Part shown: piece after piece, positions 12,923 to 24,080 of the stretch
Layout: the number at the start of each line of letters is the position of its first letter
How positions within the stretch are numbered: position 1 is the first letter of the stretch
Assembly (NCBI GenBank): GCA_010909165.1
Contig: MU008171.1
Location: 372,001 to 436,000, forward strand
Source of the DNA: Anthoceros angustus
Taxonomy: Eukaryota > Plantae > Anthocerotophyta
Direction: 5' to 3'
DNA length: 64,000 nt
Made by a program: the position numbers and the translations under genes
The notes under the pieces: model-generated
What the model saw: the letters and a program-made list of their open reading frames with translations, nothing else
What the model was told of the DNA's origin: nothing
Database searches by the model: none

Positions 12923-13499
12923 GTCTCCCTTCCGGCCTTTTACACGCACACAATGCACATACAACGTATCATGCCTATCATTAGTTGTGCAACATTTACG
13001 GGTGTGCACAATTTGCTGTCCATTTTCTTACCTTGCCCGTAGTCCCTCCTCTTTTCTTCTGCCCCTCTTGCCTGGCATGTTCTTCTTGCGTCCTTGTCTT
13101 TTCGGTTGTCGCAGCCCATGCCCTTGTCACTCGGCCTTCGCCGAATGCCTCCTCTGCACCTCCTCGCGCTTTCCTCTTTCGGCCTCCACCCTTTGTCAGA
13201 GGTGGCGTTGTCTCCACCGGGGCCCTGCTATGTAGGTCCATGCTCTTAGCGTCCGAGTTTGCCAGGTACGTGTATGGCACGAAATTAGGCATGTCTTGAA
13301 TTTCATCGACTGCCTTCTCTTCTACCTCCATGTTCTCCTCTGCGTCATCGCCATTACGTGTCCCCCCTTGGCCACGAACTGTCAACTGCCCCTGGCTCTT
13401 TTTTAACGCACCTGAATGTTCCCCCCTAGTCCTCCCTCCTTCTCTCTCCCAATAGACAACTGCCTCATATCCGTTACGTGCCTTTTTGCCGCTGCTCCG

Positions 13500-13618
13500 A
13501 CCATGGCTGCTGCTGGCTGCTAACTATTGTCCTCCCTCCGCCACCCGCCCCTGCCCCGACCATGGCTGCTACTGGTTGCTCCACTACTGTCCTCTCTCCG
13601 CCACCCGCCCTTGCCACT
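13500..13618. repeat. ~59-bp imperfect tandem repeat x2
   Basis: ACCATGGCTGCT...CCGCCACCCGCCC(C/T)TGCC occurs twice. Confidence 0.7.
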
Positions 13619-15084
13619 CCCCCGCGTTGTTTTTGCTGTCCACGCTCGACACATGTTTGTTACTTGCTGGTGACGGTACATTGGCCCCTCTCTATGCTAC
13701 AACACCCAATTTTGGCCCTCCAGACACATCCCTCTTGCCGTGCACCGGCCTCGTCACTCCCAGTTCACCCAAGACCCCGCCCTGCTAGCATTGCCTTCTC
13801 CAACGTCACATCACAGTCTGGTTACGCATTACACATGGTTACGCATCAACACCTAGCATGATGGCTTGCAGCGGGCATGTGTTTGTAAGTGCCATTGCTA
13901 TCACCTATCACCGTAATGATGAGAGTTCAGGAGCCAATGGCACCGCTACGCGCGACGCCCGTTCTGGCGAAGGATGGAAAGATGGAAAAGGCCAAGCAAT
14001 GAAGTGCACTTTGTTGCCTCCAATTAAATCACCTAATAATGATAAAAATAATTAATGGATTAATCAATGTGGGTAATAGGCCACATCATCATGAAGGTGA
14101 AACTATGTTATGAGTGTGTGTGAAACGTTGAGGCTGGTGATGGCTAGACCGACCTACCACCGGGATAGTATGTGAATCTAGCATGAGAGTGTTATCATGG
14201 ACTTGAAATCGCGAGACAAGTGGCAGTCTCCCATTGAATCTTACTTTTCATGGAAATGTGTACAGACAATTGAATGGTAATGCAATTCTAAAAGGCGAGT
14301 CAAAGGCCAGTGAGGCCATTGCTCGCCGCAATTCAACCCCACCATCCATTTTTTTTCCACCCCGCCATCCGTTTCTTTTCCAGCTCGCCATGCCTCATTG
14401 ACAGTGGCATGGCTCCTTTGCTTCCGTTCCGAGGCAATTCAATGGCCTTCAAGGTCGCCAATTTCGGAAACCTAGATATGAGTAGATGCACATTCTTTGG
14501 TGGAACAAAAACGGTAATCAATAATGAAATTCTAAATTTTTATAAACTAATTACGATAATAAAAATAGGTCTAAAGTCTCGATCTGAGACCATTACGTTT
14601 ACGGGTGAATGCATGGATGAGCCACGTCCAAAACCGGGGAACGTACTCTTGGCCATAATGGCCGTCGGATATCAATGTGCACTGCATCGAAATCGGAAAG
14701 GAGCTATGGCATGGGCTTGATGATGAGCGGAACCGGAGGACGCCGATCTTGGGCGAGATCCCAAACGGTTTTTTTTTTAGTGGGGCGTCCACATTTAGCA
14801 TTCAATGTGTAAGTTTTGGTAGCCTCTGGGCCATACCTTAGGCACGGCCCAGAGCCTAGCTTTCCGTATGCCTTAGGCATGTTCCTTGCGAGGCCCATCA
14901 GAAGTATGACTTGCCATCGATGCCTACATTCTGAACCCACACCCGAAAGGCAGGTAGGGAAGGGATGGATCGAGAATTCTGTAAGCCACTTTCGGAAAGG
15001 GATGGGATGGAGATGCAACTGTGTAGGATGCAATGTTTAGCATGAAAAGACAAAAAGTCCCCACTGGCTAGCTCTTCGCTATTC

Positions 15085-17997
15085 TCAGGGTCGACCCTTG
15101 CAAGTACAACAACCAGCTGCGAACCGATGCACACGGTACCCATCCCTTACAACTATGTCTCTGTTTTCAACCCTTGACATGATCTCGGTGGAAGTGTGGC
15201 AGTCACTGCACATGCGTAGATTCTTCGTTACCAACAAAGGTGTGCCACTCGGAGTGTTCAACAGGCCAAACGCCAGAGCTAGCTTCTCAGCATGCCCGCA
15301 AAGCGCATCTTCTTTTTCCTTCTCAGACAGTGGCTTCAATACCAACTTCGTGTGTGGTACGTGGCCCCCTTCCTGCTTCAGGCGTGCATTCATGCTCTCC
15401 ACCTTCAGTGCAATATCATCTCTGTTTTCTCCCACCAGAAATGTATGTACCTCCTTCTTCACCTCGATCGTCACCACTGCAGGTTTCTTGTTAGCTCCTG
15501 CTACCACCCTCTGTGTTTCGATCCTATCTACGTCAGCCCACCTACCTGCATCTGCATAGGCATTAGCCATGAGCACATACGCGGATGCCTGCTGCGGCTC
15601 CAGACTAACGAGACTTTCAAAACACCGCGTCGCCCTCTCTATATCCCCGTGACTTTTGCAAGCATTCAGCAAAGACGTCAACCCCACCACATTGCTTTGG
15701 CCCTCACATGAGAATAGCATGTTCTCAGCCTCATCCAAATGGCCTGCACGCCCAAGAAGATCAATCATGCAAGTGTAATGCTCAACAGTAGGTTTGACGC
15801 CATGCTGTTCAACCATGGAATCAAAGTGCATGCGACCCTCGTCCACCAGTCCCTCGTGACTGCATGCTACTAAAAGGCAAGTAAAAGTAGCCTCATCAGG
15901 CTGAATACCAGAGGCTAACATCTCCTCGAAATAAGCTAGTGCCTTCTGACCATCATCACAAGCACCACACCCAGCTATCAGGGCCGTCCATGTCACCACA
16001 TCCTTTGTGGCCAAACCGTCAAAAACCCGGCGCGCGTTTTCCAGTTCCCCACATTTTGCGTACATGTCCACCAGGCAGTTGCCCAACACTATGTTGTTCA
16101 GCTGTCCTCTTTCCACAATCTGTGAGTGCAGCTGAGTGCCCGTCTGTAAGGCACCAACATTTGCACATGCCTTCAGAAGACAAGCATAAGTAACATCGGT
16201 AGCCAAAATCAGGCTCTCCTGCTCCATTTGTCCATATAGAAGAAGCGCTTCTTGGCTGAGCCCTTGCTGTGTATACCCTGCAAGCAGAGCATTCCATGTC
16301 ACCACATTTTTCGAGGATAAGCTGTCAAAAACCTGGCGTGCAGATTCCAGTTCGCCACATTTTGCATACATGTCCACCAGGCACGTGCCCAACAATACGT
16401 TATCTAGTTGTCCACTTTTGACAATCTGTGAGTGCAGCTGCCTCCCCTTCTGTATAGCACCAGTACTTGCACAGGCCTTCAGAAGGCAAGCAAAAGTAAC
16501 TTGGTCAGCCACAATCAGGCCCTCTTGCTCCAGTTGTCCGTACACAACAAGCGCCTCCTGACCAAGCCCTTGCTGTGCATACCCAGCAATCAGGGCATTC
16601 CATGTCACCACATCCTTTCTGACCAAGCTGTCAAAAACCTGGCGTGCATCTTGCAGTTCGCCACATTTTGCATACATGTCCACCAAACAGTTGCCCAACA
16701 CGATGTTATCCAGCAGTCCTCTTTTCACAATCTGTGAGTGCAAGTGCCTGCCCTTCTGTAAGGCACCAGTGCTTGCACAGGCCTTTAGAAGGCGAGCAAA
16801 AGTAACATGGTCAGCCACAATCAGGCCCTCTTGCTCCATTTGTCCATACAGAACAAGGGCTTCTTGGCCACGCCCATGCTTTGCATACCCAGCAATCAGG
16901 GCAGTCCATGTCACCACATCCTTTGTGTCCATCTTGTCAAAAACCTGGCAGGCACCTTCCAGTTCGCCACATTTTGCGTACATGTCCACCAGGCAGTTGT
17001 CAACAAACAAGTTAGCAGGAATGCCACTGTGCAACACATCACAGTGCACTTTTCTGCCAGATTCCAAGTCCACAGCAAATGCACAAGCTTGAAGGGCAGC
17101 TACGAAGACGTGAGCGTCCGCCTTCACACCTGAGCGACGCATCTCATGGTACAGTTGTATGGCCTTGTTAGGCTTCCCATGTTTAGCATGTGCAGAGATT
17201 ATGGAAAACCACATGAAGGCATCTGGTTTGCCTACCCTGGTGAACACATCCATGGCCTCCTGTAGCCTACCTCCACATGCATACATTCGCAAGATATGGT
17301 TCCCCAAGTATGCATTCGACTCGTATCCACGTTTCACAGTGAGATCATGAACTCGTTGCCCCAGCACCAGATCCTTCTTAGCTGTACAAAGTTTTAGCAC
17401 AGTATAAAACAGAGACAGAGAAATGGGACGATCTGTCTGCGCCAGAGATTCCAGGGCTCCAACGGCCTCAGTAAGCTTCCCCTGCTGACATAACGTGCTC
17501 ACGGTTTCAGCCGTGACGACCCCCATTTCCGATCCTGCACGCCGGCCAGGTTCATGCTGACCCAAAGAGCTCGACCCGGAAGAAGAGGCACCATGAACCA
17601 TCTGCATATCCAAAGAGACGAGCTGCCCATCCACCCAAGCTGGCTTCAACATGTTGTTTAACCACAGGACCTCGCCGGACCCCTTACGACGGAAGTCAGG
17701 CCACCGGGAGCTCTTCTTATCTCGTCTGTTGTCCCACCACATGGTAGGGTCCAGAAAAAATTGTTTCCACAAGAGCTCCTGCTCCTCGCGACCACCATGG
17801 CAGGAGAGTCCTTCCCCACCCACACATTCTCGCGGAAGTGGAAGTGCTGGGTTCCTTACACTTCTGCAGCTGAAGGCTTGCTTGTTTCCCAGCGGTTGAC
17901 TCCCTAGGGTGAGGTGAGCAGGAGCTCCTTGTAGAATCCCTGTACACACACCAATTTGTTGGGTCCACAACAGGTCCGGTTGGCATTCTATGGCCAT
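15085..17997 (-). CDS. PLS-class PPR protein with E1-E2 and DYW:KP (GRP-ending) deaminase-like domain, plus an N-terminal OSB-type PDF motif; candidate organellar U-to-C editing factor
   Basis: Uninterrupted ORF; first ATG at 17997 (the track starts at a TTG at 18036). About 17 L-S-P repeats ending P2-L2-S2, then E1 and E2, KPAVVTIEV in place of the PG box, HAEKLA, CSDC and a CTCKGRP C-terminus. WWDNR...PDF...LW...PAWV at 17632-17772. Confidence 0.95.
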   Translation of the reverse strand: MAIECQPDLLWTQQIGVCTGILQGAPAHLTLGSQPLGNKQAFSCRSVRNPALPLPRECVGGEGLSCHGGREEQELLWKQFFLDPTMWWDNRRDKKSSRWPDFRRKGSGEVLWLNNMLKPAWVDGQLVSLDMQMVHGASSSGSSSLGQHEPGRRAGSEMGVVTAETVSTLCQQGKLTEAVGALESLAQTDRPISLSLFYTVLKLCTAKKDLVLGQRVHDLTVKRGYESNAYLGNHILRMYACGGRLQEAMDVFTRVGKPDAFMWFSIISAHAKHGKPNKAIQLYHEMRRSGVKADAHVFVAALQACAFAVDLESGRKVHCDVLHSGIPANLFVDNCLVDMYAKCGELEGACQVFDKMDTKDVVTWTALIAGYAKHGRGQEALVLYGQMEQEGLIVADHVTFARLLKACASTGALQKGRHLHSQIVKRGLLDNIVLGNCLVDMYAKCGELQDARQVFDSLVRKDVVTWNALIAGYAQQGLGQEALVVYGQLEQEGLIVADQVTFACLLKACASTGAIQKGRQLHSQIVKSGQLDNVLLGTCLVDMYAKCGELESARQVFDSLSSKNVVTWNALLAGYTQQGLSQEALLLYGQMEQESLILATDVTYACLLKACANVGALQTGTQLHSQIVERGQLNNIVLGNCLVDMYAKCGELENARRVFDGLATKDVVTWTALIAGCGACDDGQKALAYFEEMLASGIQPDEATFTCLLVACSHEGLVDEGRMHFDSMVEQHGVKPTVEHYTCMIDLLGRAGHLDEAENMLFSCEGQSNVVGLTSLLNACKSHGDIERATRCFESLVSLEPQQASAYVLMANAYADAGRWADVDRIETQRVVAGANKKPAVVTIEVKKEVHTFLVGENRDDIALKVESMNARLKQEGGHVPHTKLVLKPLSEKEKEDALCGHAEKLALAFGLLNTPSGTPLLVTKNLRMCSDCHTSTEIMSRVENRDIVVRDGYRVHRFAAGCCTCKGRP

Positions 17998-19237
17998 CGT
18001 ACACGGGGCAATCTCGGAGCATGCAACGCACAACAAACTATGGCAGGATGCTAGATACTGTGCATGACCACACCACCCTTAGCAAGGGCAGTGCAGCGGT
18101 TTTTTATTACGGATGGCAAACACAACAAAACAAAGGCATTCATTCCAGCACTCATCTCAAAGTACTCGGCAAAATGGAACACTCGTATCGAAAATCATTC
18201 ACTCCTCTCAACATTTCTGATGAGGTTGCGAGTGAGTGGAGAGAATGAACGTGCGGTTGCAGTAGCTGAGCCGAGCAGTCCGTGCCGAGCTGGTTGCAAG
18301 CGCGTTTCTACTACTGAGTGGTTTTTGATAGGTGGGGAGAAATCTGGATAGGGGAGGGATTGGGAGCGGGAGGGGCACCAACAGAGGCAGAGAGCGGGGG
18401 ATGCACAGCAATATAGGAAATCTCGAAGAACAGCATTTTCGCTGGATGCAAAATCCTGATATAGCCATGGCAGACTGGAGAGCAGCTGAGCCACAGCATC
18501 TAACCCATCAGTCATTTTGCTGCCGAGTGTTACAAGCTGTGCCCTCAAGATACCTGAACCTGGTGATGTGCGCTCCCATGTGTCTCCATCCTTCACTGGA
18601 ATTTAGAAGCCCAGAAAATTCATTACGAGCTGAAACCAAGGTTCAAATGTTTTGAACCTCGTAGCTATCCTGCTGCCAAACATTAATAAGGATTCCACTC
18701 TTTCCTCTCATCCAATCCTTACACCAAAACAACAATAACATCAAAGAGATCTTATGTCAGATTATTTAGATCAGGCTTAGGTAATGGTCCGTCAGTACAC
18801 CCCTAGAGCATTTGGAAAAACGTTATGAAAGTTGGAGGGCTGGTACCAAAGGCTTTCTTGGATGCTTACCCGCATGAACACATTTTTGCAGCATGATGGG
18901 TTGTAAAACTGCAAAATGTACTACTTCATATTATAGAATTATATTTTAATAATAAATTATTTAATTTTTATAGTAATATTGAGACATATTAAATCAATAA
19001 AGCTTCGTTAGCACTATACAGTTAACTTGCTCATTGTATAACGTGCAATATATTATGCATATCTACTATAAGATAATTTTTCAAGATCAATTGTAAAGAG
19101 ACAATAAAATTGTGAGGAGACAATAAAGATAAAGATATTTTCTATTGAGGGAAAAAATTGATGGGAAAAGCTCATCTGGACAACCAAGGAAACCTTGAGG
19201 GTCGTGGTGAAAAGAAGCAGCTAAGCTCCCTGTTGAA

Positions 19238-19331
19238 AGTCACCGACTTCGCCTAAAATGTCGTGTGCGGGAAGAGTAAACGGCAGTCACCGACTTCGCC
19301 TAAAATGTCGTGTGCGGGAAGAGTAAACGGC
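19238..19331. repeat. Perfect 47-bp tandem duplication at the 3' end of the non-LTR element
   Basis: AGTCACCGACTTCGCCTAAAATGTCGTGTGCGGGAAGAGTAAACGGC x2. Confidence 0.9.
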
Positions 19332-21720
19332 CTACAAACAACACATGAAGAGGAGGATCCATCACTTGTTGTCACCGCTCTGTGGATGATTGCCGTGGAA
19401 AGGGCCCAATAAACGGGAATTGAGAGCTGTTGTCTCAAGAACGCCGTGAACTAGGAAAGGGACAGCCCCGCACCGTGCCTGCGGGCATTATAAGCTTTGG
19501 CGCAAGACTTGATAAATGTATCGAAATCCTTAGCCATCGCCCCATACGTTTCAAGGGAGAGAGGAATGGATTGGTGGCCCACATGCATCCTGCTATATCT
19601 CTTGACTTTGAGAGCCGCCGTCATGGTAGCAGCCCATCCTGGACGGTTAGTGATCACTTGCGCCGAGATGTTGTCGTCTGCAGGGCCAGTGACCATCACA
19701 TCCGCCACCAAAACCTAGTCACCACGGACGAGGTACAAGTTAGCCCTGATTGACCGACCTGTACGAAGAGTATACCTCGCTCCCTCCAAGTCATGTAGCC
19801 ACTTTCGCGGGCTATGGCAAACATGAGATCATGGATGGCGACATGGGTGGGGATGCGATGACCCCTATGGGGACAACGAGCAAGGTGAATCCCGGAGTGG
19901 TTGAGGGCAGAGCCGCACTCGTAGGTCAGAAGGGAAGAACCCAGAGGCTGGAACAGGTCAAGACGGAATCGCATTATTGCAGTGGAAGGTGGTTCGTGCG
20001 ATGTGAAAACCCCGTATACATGGACGAGTTAAAAGCCAGGCGCCTGCACCCTTCCTAGAGCAAGAGCGAAATCAAGCACGTGTGGACCTAGGATGGAGGG
20101 GTCCAGGAGGATGGACTAGAAAGCCTAGCCAAGCTGCTTCTCAAGCAGAGACGCCTGCAACCCCCTAAAACCATCGGTCCTAAATGTCGTGAAAGGGGGG
20201 AATTTCTGCTGCGCATCTGCTGATAACATATCCTTGGCCTGGCTCAAGGACACCTGGAGAGGGAAGGTTCCCTCCTCCACTCCTAATACAAAACCCTCCA
20301 GAAAGGGTCTGTCGTGAAGGATGAAGCGGGACACCAAAGCGGGGGCAAAGAAGGACCAGCTGCCCAAAAACGCCGCCGAAGAAGATATCTCTAGTGAGAG
20401 CAGACATGTGCCTCCAAATAGCATCGACAATGACACTTGCCAGTGGGCAAGGTCACCTATAGGGCACTCGAAAGCCTAAGGGCCCATTATGTCACCTAGA
20501 GTGTCCATGATCTTCTTGTCGAACCCTTGCAGCCAGGACAGAAGGGCCGGAGACGTGGGTAGCATGCGAATGAGGTAACCATGGCGCCTACCAAACAAGA
20601 GGCAAGAATACCAAAGGCCACCTGTGCATCCTCAAGCAAAGGGATGTCCTCGATGTGGGAGAAGTCCTCCGCGAGAGCATAGTCCAGAAAGCTCTCGATG
20701 AGGTCCGGGGGACCAAAGGGGATCCCCAAAATCCATAGGACCAAAGCTGGAGCAATCTCCCCTTAAGGGAACTGCAAAGAAGGGAGGCTCCCTAACGGAG
20801 ACCAGACCCGGCACTTGGATAACTTGACCTTTAAGCCCACCAAAGAAAGCATGTGAGAGAAGAGCTCGACCCTGTCCCTAGGCTCGAGGATGTGCGAGTC
20901 GTCTCCCAGTGAAGGGAAGACACAATCACACGCAGAGGAGGAAGCCCTAGATAGGGCCATGTACTGAGCGATGGCAAAGAGAGCACCGCCCAGAGGGTCA
21001 CCTTGCCTAGTACTTATGGGCGATTCCAAGACAGAGACGGCAAATTCTGATGATACATTCTTGTGCTGGTAGTAGAGGTTAGAGGACCTCCCGTAGAAGC
21101 ACCGGACAAAAGGAATAAGGCTCCCCAAGACGGCACTAACGTCCTTGAAGATGACGTCTCTAGAGATGGTATTGAAGGCGTTCTCAACATCCACTTGTAA
21201 AATGACCCACTCCGCGTAGGTGTCAAGGCATGCCTTCACTCAAAACACCACGGACTCACAACCCCCCATAGTGGCTGTGCCAAACTGAAGGGGATTGAGG
21301 TGCTGCTGGAGAAGAGAGCGGGGATTAGAGGGCAATAGTACGTCTGAGGAGCCGCATGAAGACCTCCCCAACCGCAAGTGGACACACGCTAGACGAGGGG
21401 GCAGGCTTGTCCATAGCAACCAGCCTGCTAGCTACAAGAACATGGAAGATCTCGTGAGGCATCTCTCCCCGAGCTACAGCATTAGCCAGAGAAAGAACTT
21501 TGAGAAGCCACTAGAAAGGTCTTCAAGGAGTAAAAGGTCCTTGAAGTGTTAAACACCATTCCAGACAGCCTGGCAAATGAAAGACGTAGGGCCATAGAGA
21601 GGGCCAGAGCAAAAGCCGCCCAATCTAAGGAGAAGGGGTCCTCATGAACATAGTCATATTATATCCGAGGGATGGCGCCCCTTAGGACAGGGTGGAGGGC
21701 ACGGAGGGCTGTAATGGGTT
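19238..21720 (-). mobile_element. 5'-truncated, degenerate CRE-like non-LTR retrotransposon (RT + CCHC + restriction-like endonuclease)
   Basis: PLAVGEVFMRL...LNPLQFGT..GGCE...LQVDVENAFNTISR...RQGDPLGGALF...FPSLGDDSHI (RT); ECG...GIHLARC...H (CCHC); VADV...KVKRY...PLSLETYG...LRQQLS (RLE). Multiple stops and frameshifts. Confidence 0.85.
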
Positions 21721-22039
21721 TAGCGGTTAGCGACTATAAATGTGCTGTCTCGACTATAAATGTGTTGTCTGACTCCTGGACTCTCTTGAGTGAGTTTTTC
21801 AGTACAAGACGTTAGTTATATAAATAAAGCTTGACTTGACTTGACTTGACTTGAATGGTGTAGTTGGTCTAGTTTAGAGGTATGTAGGTGTACTAAGTTT
21901 TTCACCTCTTTTAAACGCTGTACAATCTATGTCCCTGGATGGTGCTTCCATCCTTAATGGACATAAATAAAATTGTTGTTATCACATTAGTTTCACAGAT
22001 TAATGATCCTCATTCAAGACTCGTTTCAAACATAATTCA

Positions 22040-22880
22040 TTGATCTATTATCATGACTTCCACCGATTATTTTCATCAAAAGGGTGCATCTGTTTGTTTT
22101 CAAAAATCATCATTTTCACCTTATAATTTTCATGAATCAAACTTAATCCAGAATTGATCATTTTAGGATAATTTTCATAATCAAACTCGATCCAGAATTG
22201 ATCATTTTCAGATAATTTTCATCAATCAAATACGATCCATAATTGATCATTTTCATCAATAAAACTCATTCTAGACTCGATCATAAATATAAAAGGAAAC
22301 TCTATCACTTAAAAGAACACAATCATTTTCACATCATTCTCTCCTAGATATTCATAATTCTAGCAATGCTTAATAAAAAAAGGAACGGAGACTTTATGTA
22401 GACTCATCATTTTCATCAAAAAAAACCTTATTGTTTAAAAAAACTCCATCATTTTCATAGAATTCCATCATTTTCACCAAAAACATATTCATAATGCTAG
22501 CAATGACAAACCTACTTGTTAACTATGAACTGGGAACAAGTACATTTATTGATTAAAAAATGTGTATGCTACTAATGACACACGAACTCAAGCATTTCCA
22601 CCAAAAAAATAAGATCATTTTTACTAGAGGAACTCGATCATTTTTACAAAAAACAACGTGTGTTGTAAAAAACTTGTGAAATGAGTTGTAAATGACTATA
22701 AAAAAATGTTTGTATGCTTGTTAATGACAAACTTGCTTGTTAACAATGGACTCAAAGCATGAAACAAATACATCGATTAATTACAAAAGTATATCTTATA
22801 AAATGTCATTTGTAACAAACCAGTTTGTTAACAATGGACTTAATGCACGAACAAGTACATTGATTGATTGTAAAAATGTG
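22040..22880. repeat. AT-rich degenerate repeat tract with recurring (G)ATCATTTTCA units, probably a TE remnant
   Basis: Many ATCATTTT / ATAATTTTCA motifs and no credible ORF. (TTGAC)n lies just upstream at 21831-21854. Confidence 0.5.
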
Positions 22881-24080
22881 TCTTCTATATGTCTCTTCAT
22901 GACTCTTCATCAAGGATCATATATTCAATAATAATAGGTTTTCCACTTATGATAATTAAAATACTTGGATGAAAGCTCTTGAATATACCTCTACCCCATG
23001 AGTACTTAACCCTAATAATTAAAAATGCTGGGATGAAAGGTCTGATTCCACCTAAGTTCGTATTGAAACTTAGACTCAATAATTCTATTTACTTCAGAGA
23101 AATACACGGGCTTACTTGTCTTTGGGCTTGGTCGTTAAGAAAAAACTTTTCTTTGGGCTTTTACAGAAATATCTACCTATACCGTTAATGGTGCTCACAG
23201 ATGTACATATGGGAGAGGCGGCAGAGCAGGGCAGATGAGAGAGTCGATGTTGATGAGCGAGGCTAAACGGCCAAACAGCTGTGACGCGCCAGGCTTGCAA
23301 CCGCGTGAAGACAGCACTAATTTGCCCATCATGGCCGGAGCCGGATTCACCGACAAGCTTCTGTCCGCTCCGCTCTGCTGGGCTGGGCTGTCCCACAATG
23401 GGACCACGCCCACTCATCAACGTTAGCGCCGAAATTGGAGCTCTCGCAGGGCCAGCCTCCATCCAGCTAGCTACTGTACCTGTCAACCTGTCCAGTAACT
23501 CCTACAGTAAAGGCGGGACAGAGACATGATATTTAGCCGGGTACACGTCAGATGCGAGTATTGGGTTGCGAGATCTTTCTCCACGTCAGCCACGTACACT
23601 GCAGACAATTTCACGATTCCCACAGGTGAAGCTTCGAGGCGGCCAACGGTCGGCGAAACCTTGTATCAAAATGGTGGCCGGCCAGCCCGCCTCCCATGCA
23701 GATTGTTTCTGTTACCAAGTGGCTCATTGTCTCCAGCTCTGAATCCGACCTTGGCGTCTGTGGTTGATGTAAATTACATTGGTGCACATGTCCTAGAGTC
23801 TGCCTGCCTGCGGCCCTTCCACGTTCAACTCTACACAACTGTTTCAAAGCAGAAGCAAGAGGAAAACAACTGCCAGATACTGCCCACGCCACCTCCAGCA
23901 AAGCAAATGAGGCAATGATGAATCTGCTTGCCTTCAAACAACCAGAGGATAAGCACTGGCCACCAGAAGAAAACAATTATCATAGCCACATGTACTTTCG
24001 AGCACCCGGGGATTGCATTACGGACTGGGCATTGTAGCAAGTGTTTGTCCCACCCGGACTGGATATGCTCACGTACTTAC

